A DNA stretch of 64,000 nucleotides from the human T2T-CHM13v2.0 reference genome, Homo sapiens. Under the pieces are notes generated by a model that saw only the letters and a program-made list of their open reading frames with translations, was not told the DNA's origin and searched no databases. Of the stretch, positions 1 through 18,622 are shown in pieces (positions within the stretch are counted from its first letter, which is position 1; the number at the start of each line of letters is the position of its first letter). The DNA is taken from the NCBI RefSeq assembly GCF_009914755.1, contig NC_060933.1; one strand, given 5' to 3'. The position numbers and the translations under genes were made by a program.

Positions 1-206
1 GTCTGGCTAACATGGTGAAACCCCATCTCTACTAAAAATACAAAAATTAGCCGGGTGCAGTGGCACGTGCCTGTAGTCCCAGCTACTCAGGAGGCTGAGG
101 CAGGAGAATCACTTGAACCCAGGAGGCGGAGGTTACAGTCAGCCAAGATGGTGCCACTGCACTCCAGCCTGGGAGACACAGCAAGACTCCGTCTCAAACA
201 AACAAA

Positions 207-237
<31 letters not shown>

Positions 238-238
238 A
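1..238 (+). mobile_element. Alu (AluS-type), cut by the window edge; (TAAA)n tail
   Basis: Left-arm end, TACTAAAAATACAAAAA linker and right arm; tail decayed to CAAA/TAAA repeats. Confidence 0.95.
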
Positions 239-250
239 GTAGACCTTTTC

Positions 251-540
251 GGCCTGGCACAGTGGCTCACACCTGTAATCTCAGCACTTTTGGATGCCGA
301 GACGGATGGATCTCTTGAGGCCAGAAATTTGAAACCAGCCTGGCGAACATGGTGAAACCTTGTCCCTACCAAAAAATAGACAAATTAGCCAGGTGTGGTG
401 GCACATGCCTGTAGTTCCAACTACTTGGGAGGCTGAGGTGGGAGAATCACTTGAACCTGGGAGACAGAGTTTTCAGGGAGCCAAGATCACACCACTGCAC
501 TCCAGCCTGGGTGACAGAACCTCTTGAAAAAAAAAAAAAA
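251..540 (+). mobile_element. Alu (AluJ-like)
   Basis: Full dimer; TSD-like tagacctttt on both sides. Confidence 0.9.
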
Positions 541-561
541 AGAAAGAAAGAACAAAAATCA

Positions 562-932
<371 letters not shown>

Positions 933-1464
933 TCACCTAATCTCAACCAGTAATAATAACCCAAACTTTTCCTATGTATATATATTGTTCCAACCTTTTT
1001 TATGCATATAAATATATCTCTTTTACAAAGTGAGATTATTGTATGCCTTCTGTTTTGATTATTTTCACTTAATATAAAATGAATACACTTCCTTTTGTGT
1101 AACTAAATATTCTTCTGCATAATGTCGTATTTTAAGAAACATTTAATTAAACCAAGTACCTGTGTTGGGTATTTGGGTGCTTTCCAATATTTTCACTATT
1201 ATAAATAGGGGAAGGTAATAGACGTTGTAAAGCTCTTGAGTTCAGCGCACTTTGAAATCACACCTAAGTTCAAGTACCAGCACCCCCTGTTTTATCCATT
1301 TATTGCTCAAATATTTACTGAAAACCTATTACATGCTAGTTCCTAGGAATACAAAAGCAAGCAAACAGCTACCCTGCCCCAGCTGAAGGTGGGCTCTGGT
1401 CTAACTCCCAGTTCCGGGCTGTTGGTCCCAAGCTACACTGCCATCTATAGAAGGTGCTCACCTT

Positions 1465-2596
<1,132 letters not shown>

Positions 2597-3421
2597 ACCT
2601 AGAGGAACAATAATTACATAGCAGTAGTCACAAGAAGAATATCTTACCTGTGTATTTTTTTCCAAAGCACCTGCCCTGGGAGGTAGAGAAGTTGGTCTGG
2701 CCTCCTCTACTCTTTATTTCCCACCCCTCCCCCAACTGTACCCAGTTCTATAGAAAGCAGCTGAAGACAAAAAGCTGGCTGGTTGTGCTGTGGGTGAGGG
2801 GTAAGGTCATGGAGGATGTGACATTCCTCAACTTCCTGCCATCATTTCTAAATCAACTTTCATCTCCAGTCATTCTGTCCTCCTTCCCTCCTTTTACCAA
2901 AACCAGCTCCTCTCAACAAAGGCCAGCTCCCTTCCCCAGTGCCTGGACGCCCTCCTTTCCTGCCCTCTAAGGAACTACACTTCCTAGTTTGTTCCTCTCT
3001 GGTATGGCCAGCCTCTCCCTCTCTACTGGATTATTTCCATTATTATCCAAGCAGTCTCTTCCATTGTTTAAAAAGAAAAAAGAAAGAAACAAGATCTCCA
3101 GGTGATTCACCTGCACCTTACCATTCGAGAAGCACAGACCCAATTTCAGCAGGTACAGATGCCAATCAGAGCCTCAAATGCCATAGCAGAATTGCTGTTG
3201 CTGATATGATGTCTGAAATGGTGAATAACTCTTGGTAGGGTCTAAGCAAAACAAGATATAATCTTCATTCACTTTGCATAGTATTTGCCTCCCTGGAGTA
3301 TTAAAATCATGCTAGAATGTACTTTGTGTTTATATTAAAAATGGAAATTAGTTGTTAAGCTCACATAATTATATATGGGACTTTCACCCATGTAAGTGTC
3401 CAGTGGGACATTCAAAAGTCA

Positions 3422-3739
<318 letters not shown>

Positions 3740-3869
3740 CTATCCATGCATTATATGACATCTAGCATCTCAGACTTCTCCCCCTCAATCAATACCATTA
3801 TGATTACCCAACTCCACCACAAATGTCTAAAAGCTCCCAATGAAAACCATGGCTCTAGAATCTCATTCA

Positions 3870-4117
3870 ACAGCCAACTCAGGATCTACTTGGATGTCAC
3901 ATGCTACTCAACTGTCCATAATTACCTAATCTTTCTCCTAAACTCCAAAACCATCTCTCCTACTGTTCCCCATTTTCAATTCCCTTATTGAGACTATTAT
4001 AGCTACTGATAGTATAGGACTTATGTGTGTAGAATTTTTTTTTGATTTGTTCTTTTTGTATCCCTTAGAATAGTGCTGGGCATACAGTAGTCAACTATTA
4101 AATATTTGTTGAATGAA
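3870..4117 (+). mobile_element. L2 3' fragment
   Basis: Typical L2 end ...gtgctgggcatacagtag...aaatatttgttgaatgaat. Confidence 0.65.
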
Positions 4118-4303
4118 TACCCAGCAAAATTTCCCATTCCCCTACCTTGAGTAACAAACCCCAAAACAATTTGGAAGGGGAGAAACCTGCAAGAAGAGAG
4201 CATAGACTCTTGGTCAGAAGCCCCTGCTTCCTACAGAATCTCTGCTAATACCCTTGATAATTCTATTGGCCCAAGATGCAAAAAAGCCCAGAACTACTGC
4301 TTA

Positions 4304-4735
<432 letters not shown>

Positions 4736-4961
4736 CTTTGAAGTCTCACATTTTATCTTTAAAATTCATGCAAATTTTATGTTTTATTCCCATGTTTGTT
4801 TTAACATTAAAATAATGTTTTTAATTACCACCCTTTAGGAGAAAAATTCAAAGCCTGTTTTCCCAACTCTTTAAGTAGAAATTCACACTCCAGGAAGACA
4901 TTTCTTGTTCATGCTGTGGCTCTGAGTAATTCCTGGCATACCACCGCCTAGCTCTGGTGGT

Positions 4962-5200
4962 AATTATACTAACAGCCAACATTTATTAAGCACTTATTAT
5001 GTGCCAGGCAATATATTAAGCACTTAACATGCATTATGTCTTTAAACCTTGCAACAGTCCTATGAAGTAGGTACAATTTTTATCTTAATTTATAGATGAG
5101 GAGACTAAGGCTCCAAGAAGGTAAGTAATTTGCACTATATCACTGAGCCAATAAGTGGAAGACGTGGGATTCAGCTCAGTGTTCTCAATTACTGTGCTGC
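4962..5200 (-). mobile_element. MIR
   Basis: catttattaagcacttattatgtgccaggc ... agatgaggagactaaggc core. Confidence 0.8.
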
Positions 5201-5418
5201 CCATTCCAGTTTGAACAGCAAGGTCCTAGACTTCTAGAACAAGACGGGCTTAAGGCAGCAGGAAAGCCCTAAGAAATCATCCAGCCCCAGTATTTCACAG
5301 ACCAGGCAAAGTTCTGAGGTGTCTGTGGATTTCTTGGTGGACATATTTTCAGGGGTCCACAAGTGCTAAGATAAGTTTCTAAATGGATGTCTTGGTTTCA
5401 ATTATAATCTACAAATAA

Positions 5419-5589
5419 TAATAATATGAGTAGGAATCACTAAGACAACCATCTTGTAAACAATCTCTGGCACCCCAAAATTTAGTGATGATGTTTGTGC
5501 AAAGTGATTGCCTAAAGTGACAGAGTTTAACAGAGGCAGATATCTTAGATTGGAGGCCAAATTTTCAAGGGTCAGCAAGAAGTTGATTC
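5419..5589 (+). repeat. Donor copy of a 171-bp local duplication
   Basis: Ungapped match to 6675-6845 with 7 substitutions. Confidence 0.95.
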
Positions 5590-5597
5590 CTTTAAAA

Positions 5598-5800
5598 CAG
5601 TGATTCTCCACAAGGTGTGATTTTGACCTCCTCTCCCCAGCATATTTGGCAATCTCCAGACATTTTTAGTTGTAACAACTGGCAGCTGGGGGTAGGGGCC
5701 AGAGATGGTTCTAATCATCCTACAATACACAGGACAGCTCCCCACAACAAAGACTCATCCGACCTGAAATGTCAATACTGTGGGTGAAGTTGAAAAACCC
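5598..5800 (+). mobile_element. MER20 (hAT-Charlie)
   Basis: cagtgattctc...ggcaatctccagacatttt...aaatgtcaata...gttgaaaaaccc; ctttaaaa on both flanks. Confidence 0.8.
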
Positions 5801-6290
5801 AAACTTTAAAAGCGTGTCTGTGAGGAGAAAAAGAACAGAGTGGAGGGGAAAGGACTGAAAATAAGGCTTCTCCGAATGAAACTTGTTAGATAGCTTTCAC
5901 TTTGAAATAGTGTAAATGATTCATGAAAATGTTTAAATCATTAAGTCATATAAATTTTTAAATAATCCCTAAAATGAAAAGCCAAAACACAGACATATAT
6001 TTATATCAGGTTGATAATATGACCATACAGAAACAAAGAATTACTCTAGGTGACTTTTAAACAAAGTATTTTGGGTCATAGATCTTCAGTGGGATATGTT
6101 CTAAAGATAAAGGGAAAAAAACAACAAAGAAATCTTAAACTACTTTCAGTGGTCTTATTGCTAGTGCTGTGGTTTAAATGTGCCCCACCAAAAGTTCATG
6201 TGTTAGAAACTTGGTCCTCAATGCAACAGTGTTGAGTGGTGGAACTTCTGGGAGGTGATTGGGTCGTGGTGGCTCTGCCTTCGTGAATGG

Positions 6291-6643
6291 TAATATGGTT
6301 TGGCTGTGTCCCCACATAAATCTCATCTTGAATTCCCATGTGTTGTGGGAGGGACCCGGTGGGAGGTAATTGAATCATGGGGGCAGGTCTTTCCCGTGCT
6401 GTTCTCATGATAGTGAATAAATCTCACAAGATCTGATGGTTCTGTAAGGGGGAGTTTCTCTGCACAAGTTCTCTCTCTTTGCTGCCATCCATGTAAGACA
6501 TGACTTGCTCCTCCTTGCTTTCTGCCATGATTGTGAGTCTTCCTCAGCTACATGGAACTGAAGTCCATTAAACCCTTTTTTCCTGTATAAATTACCCAGT
6601 CTTGGGTATGTCTTTATCAGCAGCATGAAAATGGACTAATACA
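6291..6643 (+). mobile_element. THE1A/B MaLR solo LTR nested in MST
   Basis: atatggtttggctgtgtcccc ... ggactaataca; 5-bp TSD aatgg at 6286-6290 and 6644-6648. Confidence 0.9.
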
Positions 6644-6674
6644 AATGGATTAACCCATTCATAGATTAATGAAT

Positions 6675-6845
6675 TAATAATATGAGTAGGAATCACTAAG
6701 ACAACCATCTCGTAAACAATCCCTGGCACCCCAAAATTTAGTGATGACGTTTGTGCAAAGTGATCGCCTAAAGTGACAGAGTTTAACAGATGCAGATATC
6801 TTAGATTGGAGGCCAAATGTTCAAGGGTCAGCAAGAAATTGATTC
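6675..6845 (+). repeat. Inserted copy of 5419-5589
   Basis: 164/171 identity; interrupts the MST LTR. Confidence 0.95.
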
Positions 6846-7127
6846 TTGCTGAGGAATCTTGTTGAGGAAGTGAGTTAATTATCACAAAAGTGGCTCTGTT
6901 ATAAAACCAGTTTTGCTGTCCCTCGTGAGTCCCCTGGCCACGTGATGCCCTTCACCACCTTGGGAATCTTCAGAGTCCCCACTAGCAAGAAGGACTTCAC
7001 CAGATGCAGCTCTCTGACCTCAGACTTCCCAGCCTCCAGAACTGTAAGAAATAAATTTATTTTCTTTATAAGTTACTCAGTCTCAGGTATTCAGTGATAG
7101 CAATAGAAAATGGACTAAGACAGCTAG

Positions 7128-8050
<923 letters not shown>

Positions 8051-8326
8051 GCCACTGGGTGTTTCTAAGGCAACAACTTGTTATCTAAAAATTGATCATT
8101 AAAGAGTTAAGCATTTATCATGAAGAAGAATCCTAATACTAATAGTGGACATTTAATCAGTGCTCTGAAGTTTACAGAGCGTTTTCCTATACCTTTTTTC
8201 ATTGAAGTCCACCACAGCTTGTATCTGGATGTTCTCAGCATCTCTGAGAAATACAGAAGCCTCTTCAGACCAGCAAGAGCAAGGAAACTGCTTCTACTTT
8301 GAGATTCACTAAAGAAATGGGGAAGT

Positions 8327-8638
<312 letters not shown>

Positions 8639-9739
8639 GAAGCAAGGAATTACCCTAGGAAAGGGCATTTAATTCTCTCTTGGAAATTTAATAAAACCTG
8701 GAGGGTTTTCTAAAAGAAAAAAAAAGTTAAGGATTTATCCTGCCTTCCATCATAAACTGTATTTCAAGGTAATATAGTTAAAACATCCCCACTGGACCAC
8801 CCACATGCAGTTTCTTCATATATCTTGAGCTTCTTACAGCAATAGCTGACAAGCTGCTTAGACTAATACTTAGGACTAGCGCAGTGTCACTTTTCCTAAG
8901 TTCAGTTGGTCGAAGTAGTCACAGACTCAGCCCAGATTCAAGGGGATAGAGAAACAGACTCAGTGGGGGAGTTCTATGCATGTACAGAAAAGGAAGGAAT
9001 CAATGGTTCTTCCAGAGAGGAGACAAGCTCCACAGACATGCAGTGACAATTCTGAAGCATGGGGAGATGCTTTTCCCCCTTTGTTCATTCCACCTTTTAA
9101 ACCTCTCTCAAATCTATTCTCTTGTCGTCATCCCTCCCATCATTATCTTAGTCCAACTCCGGGAGAGTGATGTCCTCATCTCCCCTCATTCTGTTATTGG
9201 CTAATTTTTGCAAACTCCCTGAGAGTTTTCCAGAAGGCCAGATAGCCCAGATAAAACAAGCAACCTAGTAAGGTGAAACTGCTCACAGGCTCACTGAACA
9301 TTGAAAGGAAAGAATTGCCAGGTCCTCTGATTCTGCCGCCGCTGGTCACTATGTTCCTTTGCAAAGCTCACTTCTTAAAACCAGGTCACAGAAATTGTCC
9401 TTGCTAGGTCCCAGTGAGTTTGAATTTCTTTAAAAATAGCTTGTTCTTCAAGTGCAAAAAATAACATCTGAGATGTTTGTTTAAGTGTGAAACACACCTT
9501 TGTCATGACTCAGTACGGGCTAAACGGAAATTTATTAAACTTCCCAAAAAGAAAATTCTTCTCTTGAACCATGGGAGCTTGAGAGATGACAGCTTGGGAA
9601 ACGGGAGGCGGGGGGAGCAGAAAGAAGAAAAGAGGCAGGTGGAGCAGAGAGAAAGCATGGAGGCTCTTTCTCATCTCTGTGGCTTTCACACGCTATTCTT
9701 TCCACCTTGAACGACCTTCCTCCTCTAGCGAGCTTGATA

Positions 9740-11003
9740 ATGTTCTTGCCTTCCTTGAAGCCTAATTTAAATGTCACCTCTGTGGAGCCTTCTCTGACCC
9801 CTCCAGGCAGAGTTTCTCACTCCCTCTTTGTTCTCAAAACACTTTGTACATGTCTTTATTATTAGCACATCGTATTGAAGTTGTCAGTTTACAGGTCTGT
9901 CTCTCTTCCTAGGCTGTGAGCTTCTCAGCAGCAGGGACACTGGGTGAGTCATCTGTGAACCCCTCCGCCTGGCATTGGGCCTGGCACAGGGAGAGTGTTG
10001 GCAAAGGTTGTTGATAAGAGATGGTCTCCAGGCTCAGCGGGAGATGCCTTAAATCCTGAGATGACTGCTTTCATCCCTCGTTCTACTTTGCAAAAGGTTC
10101 CTGACTCTCTCCACACCCTTCTACTGCCAAATCTTTCAGTCTACCTGCCTCTGAACTCATATGCTCTGCCTTCACTCCTTTACGACGGAAGAACTGTCCT
10201 CATGCTACCTAAGGCCAGCTGCTCCCTGTGTCCACCAGATCCCATGCCCTTTATTACTGCAATTATCCTCCTTTCTCCTGCGTCATTGATAATTTACCCT
10301 TTCTATTTCCACCGATGTACAAATACTCTGTGCTTCTCCCAATTAAGGACAAACACACACACATGCATACACACGCACAGTCCCATTTCTCTGCATTTAT
10401 TCTATTCTCTGCTCAACCCACTCTACTCTGCCCACTCACTTAATCTTGTCAAGGTCACCAGTAATTTCCATGTTGCCACATCAAAATGGTCAATTCGGTT
10501 TTGGCCTCAGCTTACCTGACTCAGTAGCATTCAGCACCATTAATCCCACTCTTTGCTGCAAACACTTTCTTCCGGGGTAACCAGGACTCTACAGCCCCTC
10601 CTCATCTCTCCACCTCACCAGCCACTGCTTCTCAGTCTCTGTGGCTGTGAAGGAGTTGGATGATCCTTCCTGTCATCCCTTCCTCTAATGTTGGAGTACC
10701 CCAAGGCTCAGTCTCCCGACAGCCCCACTATCAAACTCTCTGTGATCCATCCAGTCTCATGATTTGATAGAACGATCGACAATACTCAAATTTCTATCTG
10801 CTGCCCCACTCTGAACTCCAGGCTCAGTGGCTAAGTGCCTACTCAGCATCTGGACTTGGAGATCTAAAAGGCATCTCAAACTTAACATACTCAAAACCAA
10901 ACTTGTGATTCACTACTTCTTCACCAGGGTCCCCAATATCTCCATAAAGGTCACCACAGTTCACCCAGTTGCTCATGCCAAAAGCTTTGAAATTCTCTTT
11001 AAT
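9740..11003 (+). mobile_element. L2 fragments
   Basis: L2 3' end at about 9740-10000; L2a body with cttgtcaaggtcaccagtaat, ggagtaccccaaggctcagtc and ggcatctcaaacttaacat. Confidence 0.7.
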
Positions 11004-11004
11004 C

Positions 11005-11250
11005 TTTTTTTTTTTTTTTTTTTGAAATAGAGTCTCACTCCGTCGCCCAGGCTGGAGTGCCCAGCCTGGGCAACATAGGGAGACCTCAACCCTACAAAAA
11101 ATATTTAAAAATTAGCCAGGTGCCACGTCATGCATCTGTGGTCCCAGGTACTTGAGACTGCTTGAGCCCAGGAGTTCAAGGCTGCAGTGAGCCGTGATCA
11201 CACCACTGCACTGCAGCCTGGGCAACAGAGCAAGACCCTGTCTCAAAAAT
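11005..11250. mobile_element. Fused inverted Alu fragments: (-) 3' end 11005-11060 joined to (+) AluJ from 11061
   Basis: Orientation switches at gcccaggctgg-agtgc-ccagcctgggc. Confidence 0.85.
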
Positions 11251-11258
11251 AAGTAAGA

Positions 11259-11570
11259 GGCCGGGTACGGTGGCTCATGCCTGTAATCCCAGCACTTTGG
11301 GAGGCCGAGGCGGGTGCATCACTTGAGGTCAGGAGTTTGAGACCAGCCTGGCCAACATGGTAAAACCCTTTCTCCACTAAAAATACAAAAATTAGCTGGG
11401 CATGGTGGCTCATGCCTGTAATCCCAGCTACTGGGGGGAGGCTGGGGCATGAGAATCACTTGAACCCAGGAGGCTTGAACCTGGGAGGTTGCAGTAAGTG
11501 GAGATCGTGCCACTGCACTCCAGCTTGAGCAACAGAGTGAGACTCTATCTCAATTAAAAAAATAAAAAAT
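11259..11570 (+). mobile_element. Alu (AluSx) with a small internal duplication
   Basis: Full dimer; cttgaacc..ggagg occurs twice at about 11459-11488. Confidence 0.9.
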
Positions 11571-11572
11571 AG

Positions 11573-12194
<622 letters not shown>

Positions 12195-12339
12195 ATCTAG
12201 ATAGTTCCAGTGGCCTCCATTCTAGGTTTTTTTTTCTCCAGTCTTGCAACTCCAGTGCACCACCACGTGTCACCAGAATGGTCATTCTAACTTGAACTCT
12301 CACTGGATTAAAAATTTTGTTAAAAGTCTTTAGTGGCTC

Positions 12340-12865
<526 letters not shown>

Positions 12866-12999
12866 GAAGTGGCTCCACATTTTATGAGATAACACTGAGC
12901 CTCCGAATTGTAGTGTATGAAACCTTCTGTGGCCCAGCCTCTGCAGACCTCTTTGGTCTCATCTCCAAGTACCATGGCACCCTCTGTGAGTTAGGCCAC

Positions 13000-13161
13000 T
13001 GCTAGGAGGAACAGTTTACCTGTGGAGCTTCGAAAAATTCCAGTGCTCGGGCTCCAGCACCAGACACTCAGATTTAATTGGTCTGAAATGGGACCCGGGC
13101 AACAGTATTTTTTAAAAGCTCCCCAGTGGATGCTAATATATACCCAGGGTTGAGAACCATT
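13000..13161. mobile_element. MER5-type hAT MITE
   Basis: ttttttaaaagctccccagtggatgctaat...ccagggttgagaacca. Confidence 0.7.
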
Positions 13162-13993
13162 CAGCTAGAGGATCCAAAAGTGTATTTTAAAATTGCTGAT
13201 CTTGCCTTCAAGGAAATTCAAAAGCTTCAAGGAAAGACTAAACTATGCTGTGTGCCCTTTTAGCATTAAGTAAGCGATATTGTGTTTTAAGTTTTGGGAA
13301 ATTGGTAATAGACGCTATGAGAACATTCTTTAATTATTTGAAACATCAATTTATCAATATTTTATTTCCTCAGTGTTAGACTCACCCTTTTCATAGTCTA
13401 ATGTTTCTGATCAAATTCCACCTTATTATTGAATGTATGCATTTAATGCTTCTTTATTTTACGGAAAACTAGTAATTTCACTAAAGGTGTTTCTTATTGC
13501 CAGCAGTGATCACAATCAAAGAAACATCTTTCTGGGACATGGCATTTTTCCATGTGCAAAGTGCTGTAACTTCTTTGATCCCAATTGATCTTTCCATCAA
13601 CCTGGTGAGGTGGAGATTTTTAACTTCATTTTATGTGCCATAACTGCTACAACTTATTGAGCACTTACCACTGTTCTAAGTACTTTGCAAATACTATCTC
13701 ATTTAAGCCCTACAGCAACCAGTAATGTGACCATATTTTATGCACTGGGAAGCTGAGGCAGAGATGTTAGGTCAGTTGCCTAGGGTCATGATCACACAGC
13801 TGAGAGAGGACAGGGCTGTGTGACCATGAGGAAAGGATACTACAGTCCTCAGGGACTCTGAGCATGCCATGCGGTTTTCAGGAGATGGTCCTTCTGCTTG
13901 TTTCTCAGAATAAAGTGCAGATGTCTTAATATGGCATTTGAAGCCTTTTGCAATTCTTCCCAAATGTTTATTGCAATGGTAATAAAAAATCCA

Positions 13994-14304
<311 letters not shown>

Positions 14305-15486
14305 CTAATAAAGAAAGCGAGAATAAGGATCCCAGTAATTAAGGGCGACTGAATGCCAGGCACTTTGCACATATTATCTCTAATCCTCCTAACAACATTG
14401 TGTGAGGGGATTTGCAGGGGCCTGGGTCGGTTTTGCTGTTAGGCACCCCTCCCCTTTCTTCTGGATTGTCTTCTGGGTATCATCCTACAGGCCCCTGTAT
14501 TTTCGGTCTTGTCAGGGCTGTCAATCAGGATGCTTCACCCTTCTCTGGGCAAGAGGTGTTCATCACACTCTTTAGGAATTTGAACCTTGAACACAGCTAT
14601 ACATCATCAGAAAAAAAAATGGGCAGAGTTGAATTATCCCAGGGACAAAGTCCTGTTGATGGTAATAATAGTATTTATTGGGAATTTACAAGTGTGAGCA
14701 CAATAAGAGTTGTACATATATTAATTCATTTCATCCTGCAAACAGTTCTTTCAAGGAGTCCCTGATATACTCCCTGTCTTCCCTAACAGATGGACAAACC
14801 AAGGCAACAAAACAAGGTCGTGCAGGTTTATGGGTAGAGCTAGATTTGAACATAGACAGCCCGATGCAGAACCTCTTGCTTCTGCAGTCACTCCATGGCT
14901 TCTCAGCTGGTCTTTTCTGTAGATTCTGTCTCTTGGGCCTTTTCTTTCTGAGTCTAGTTCTTAGTCTGTCCCTTTAATTCAGTCATCTACACCACAGGCT
15001 TGCTATTAATCCCCTTTTTGACTCATGAGGCTGAGTAGGTTTCTGTTGCTGGTGACTACAAAACCCTAAATAATTAAAGTCTTGTTATGCCTGCTTGCAG
15101 GTGAGAGGTCTGATGCTCTGGAGAGGTGAACAGATGAAAATCACTAGCTACTAATAGTAATAATAATAATAGCAACGGTAATAATGATAGTAACAGATAA
15201 CATTTATTTGAGTTACTTAGCATTTAATGAGTTCTTACTACAAGGCAGTCTCTGTGCTAGGGAATTTATATAAATTATCTCACTTAAACTTCCCAATAAC
15301 CCTAAAAGGTAAAACTTTTTAAATTGAGATATAATTCACTTACCACAAAATTCACTCCGTGAAAGTGTACACTTCAGTGGATTTTAGAGTATTCACAGGA
15401 TTGAGCAACTATCACCACTATTTAATTCCAGAATATTTTCATCACCCCATATAGAAATCCTGTGCCCGTTAATTAGCCTTCAATCA

Positions 15487-15852
<366 letters not shown>

Positions 15853-15990
15853 CTACTTTCTGTTTCTATGGATTTGCCTATTCCAGACATTTTATATAAA
15901 TGGAATTATAAAATATGTGGTATTTTATGACTGTCCTTTTTTCACTCAGAACAATGTTTTCAAGGTTCATCCATGTTGTAATATGTCGTT

Positions 15991-15991
<1 letters not shown>

Positions 15992-16039
<48 letters not shown>

Positions 16040-16327
16040 AGACGGAGTCTCACTCTGTCGCCCAGGCTGGAGTGCAGTGGCATGATCTTGGCTTACTGCA
16101 ACCTCCACCTACCTGGTTCTAGCAATTCCCTTGACTCAGCCTCCTGAGTAGCTGGGATTATAGGCGCACACCACCACACCTGGCTAATTTTTTTTTTTGT
16201 ATTTTTAGTAGAGACAGGGTTTCACCATGTTGGCCAGACTGGTCTTGAACTCCTGACCTCAGGCAACCCACCCGCCTCGGCCTCCCAAAATGTTGTGATT
16301 ACAGGCGTGAGCCACCGTGCCCAGCCC
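15992..16327 (-). mobile_element. Alu (AluS) with a very long poly(T)
   Basis: Antisense dimer; pure T run of about 47 nt. Confidence 0.95.
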
Positions 16328-16502
16328 GTTTTTTTTTTAAATTGTGGTAAATTATACAAAGTATTCATCATTTTAATCATTTGTAAATATAGAATTCAGC
16401 AGCATTAAACACATTTACAATGTTATGTAACCATCACCACTATTCATACCCAAAACTTTTTCAGAATCTCTAACATAAACTCAGTAACAATTAAACAAAT
16501 AA

Positions 16503-16888
<386 letters not shown>

Positions 16889-17243
16889 GAAGTTGCCTAT
16901 TCTAAGTACTTCATACAAGTGAAATCATACCACACTTGCATGTTCTTTGGGTTTAGTTTATTTCACTTCATATAATGTTTTCAAGGCCTATCCACATTGT
17001 AGCAAGTGTCAAAATGTCATTTGTTTTTGTGCCTGAATAATATTCCCTTGCATGCCTGTGACACATTTTGTTTTATCTACTCACCTGCTGATGGATGCTT
17101 TGGTCATTTCCATATTTTGGCTCCTGTGAGTAATGCTACTGTGAACATCAGTGACACTTATCTGTTCAAGTCCCTGATTTTAATTCTTCTGGATGTACGT
17201 CTAGGAGTGGAACTGCTGGGTCATATGGTAGTTCTATCCTTAA

Positions 17244-17821
<578 letters not shown>

Positions 17822-18273
17822 GCATGAGCATTCTGATTTCTCTACATGCTCACCATTATTTTTCCATTAAAAAAAAATTATAGCCATATCAATAGGTATA
17901 AGGTGGTATCTCATTGTGGGTTTGACAGACTTCATTCCTTTTAATGGCTGGATAATATTTCATTGTATGGACATGCCACATTTTCTTATTCATTCATCAG
18001 TTGGTAGAGATTTGGACTGTTCCCACTTTTTGGCTGTTATGAATGATGCTGCTATTATGAATGATGCATTTGAGGGCAAGTTTTTGTGGGGGCCTGTGTT
18101 TTCAATTTTCTAGAGACTGTAACTAGAAGTAGGATTGCCAGGTCATGTGGTAACTCCGTGTTTAACCTTTTGAGGAACTGGGTAGAACCATTTTTATCCT
18201 CATGTTATACATAAAGAAATGAGGCCCTGAGAAGTTAGGTTGCCCAGAGCCATACAACTAAAAAGTGGTTGCT

Positions 18274-18622
<349 letters not shown>

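Larger units (their letters stand above)
6165..7122 (+). mobile_element. MST (MSTC/D-like) MaLR solo LTR, interrupted by THE1 and a 171-bp insert
   Basis: TG...CA ends (tgctgtggttt / ggactaagaca); 5-bp TSD gctag at 6160-6164 and 7123-7127. Confidence 0.85.

Noticed and set aside
9995-10519. 174-aa ORF
   Set aside because: It lies within decayed L2 sequence, starts at GTG and has no homology I recognise.
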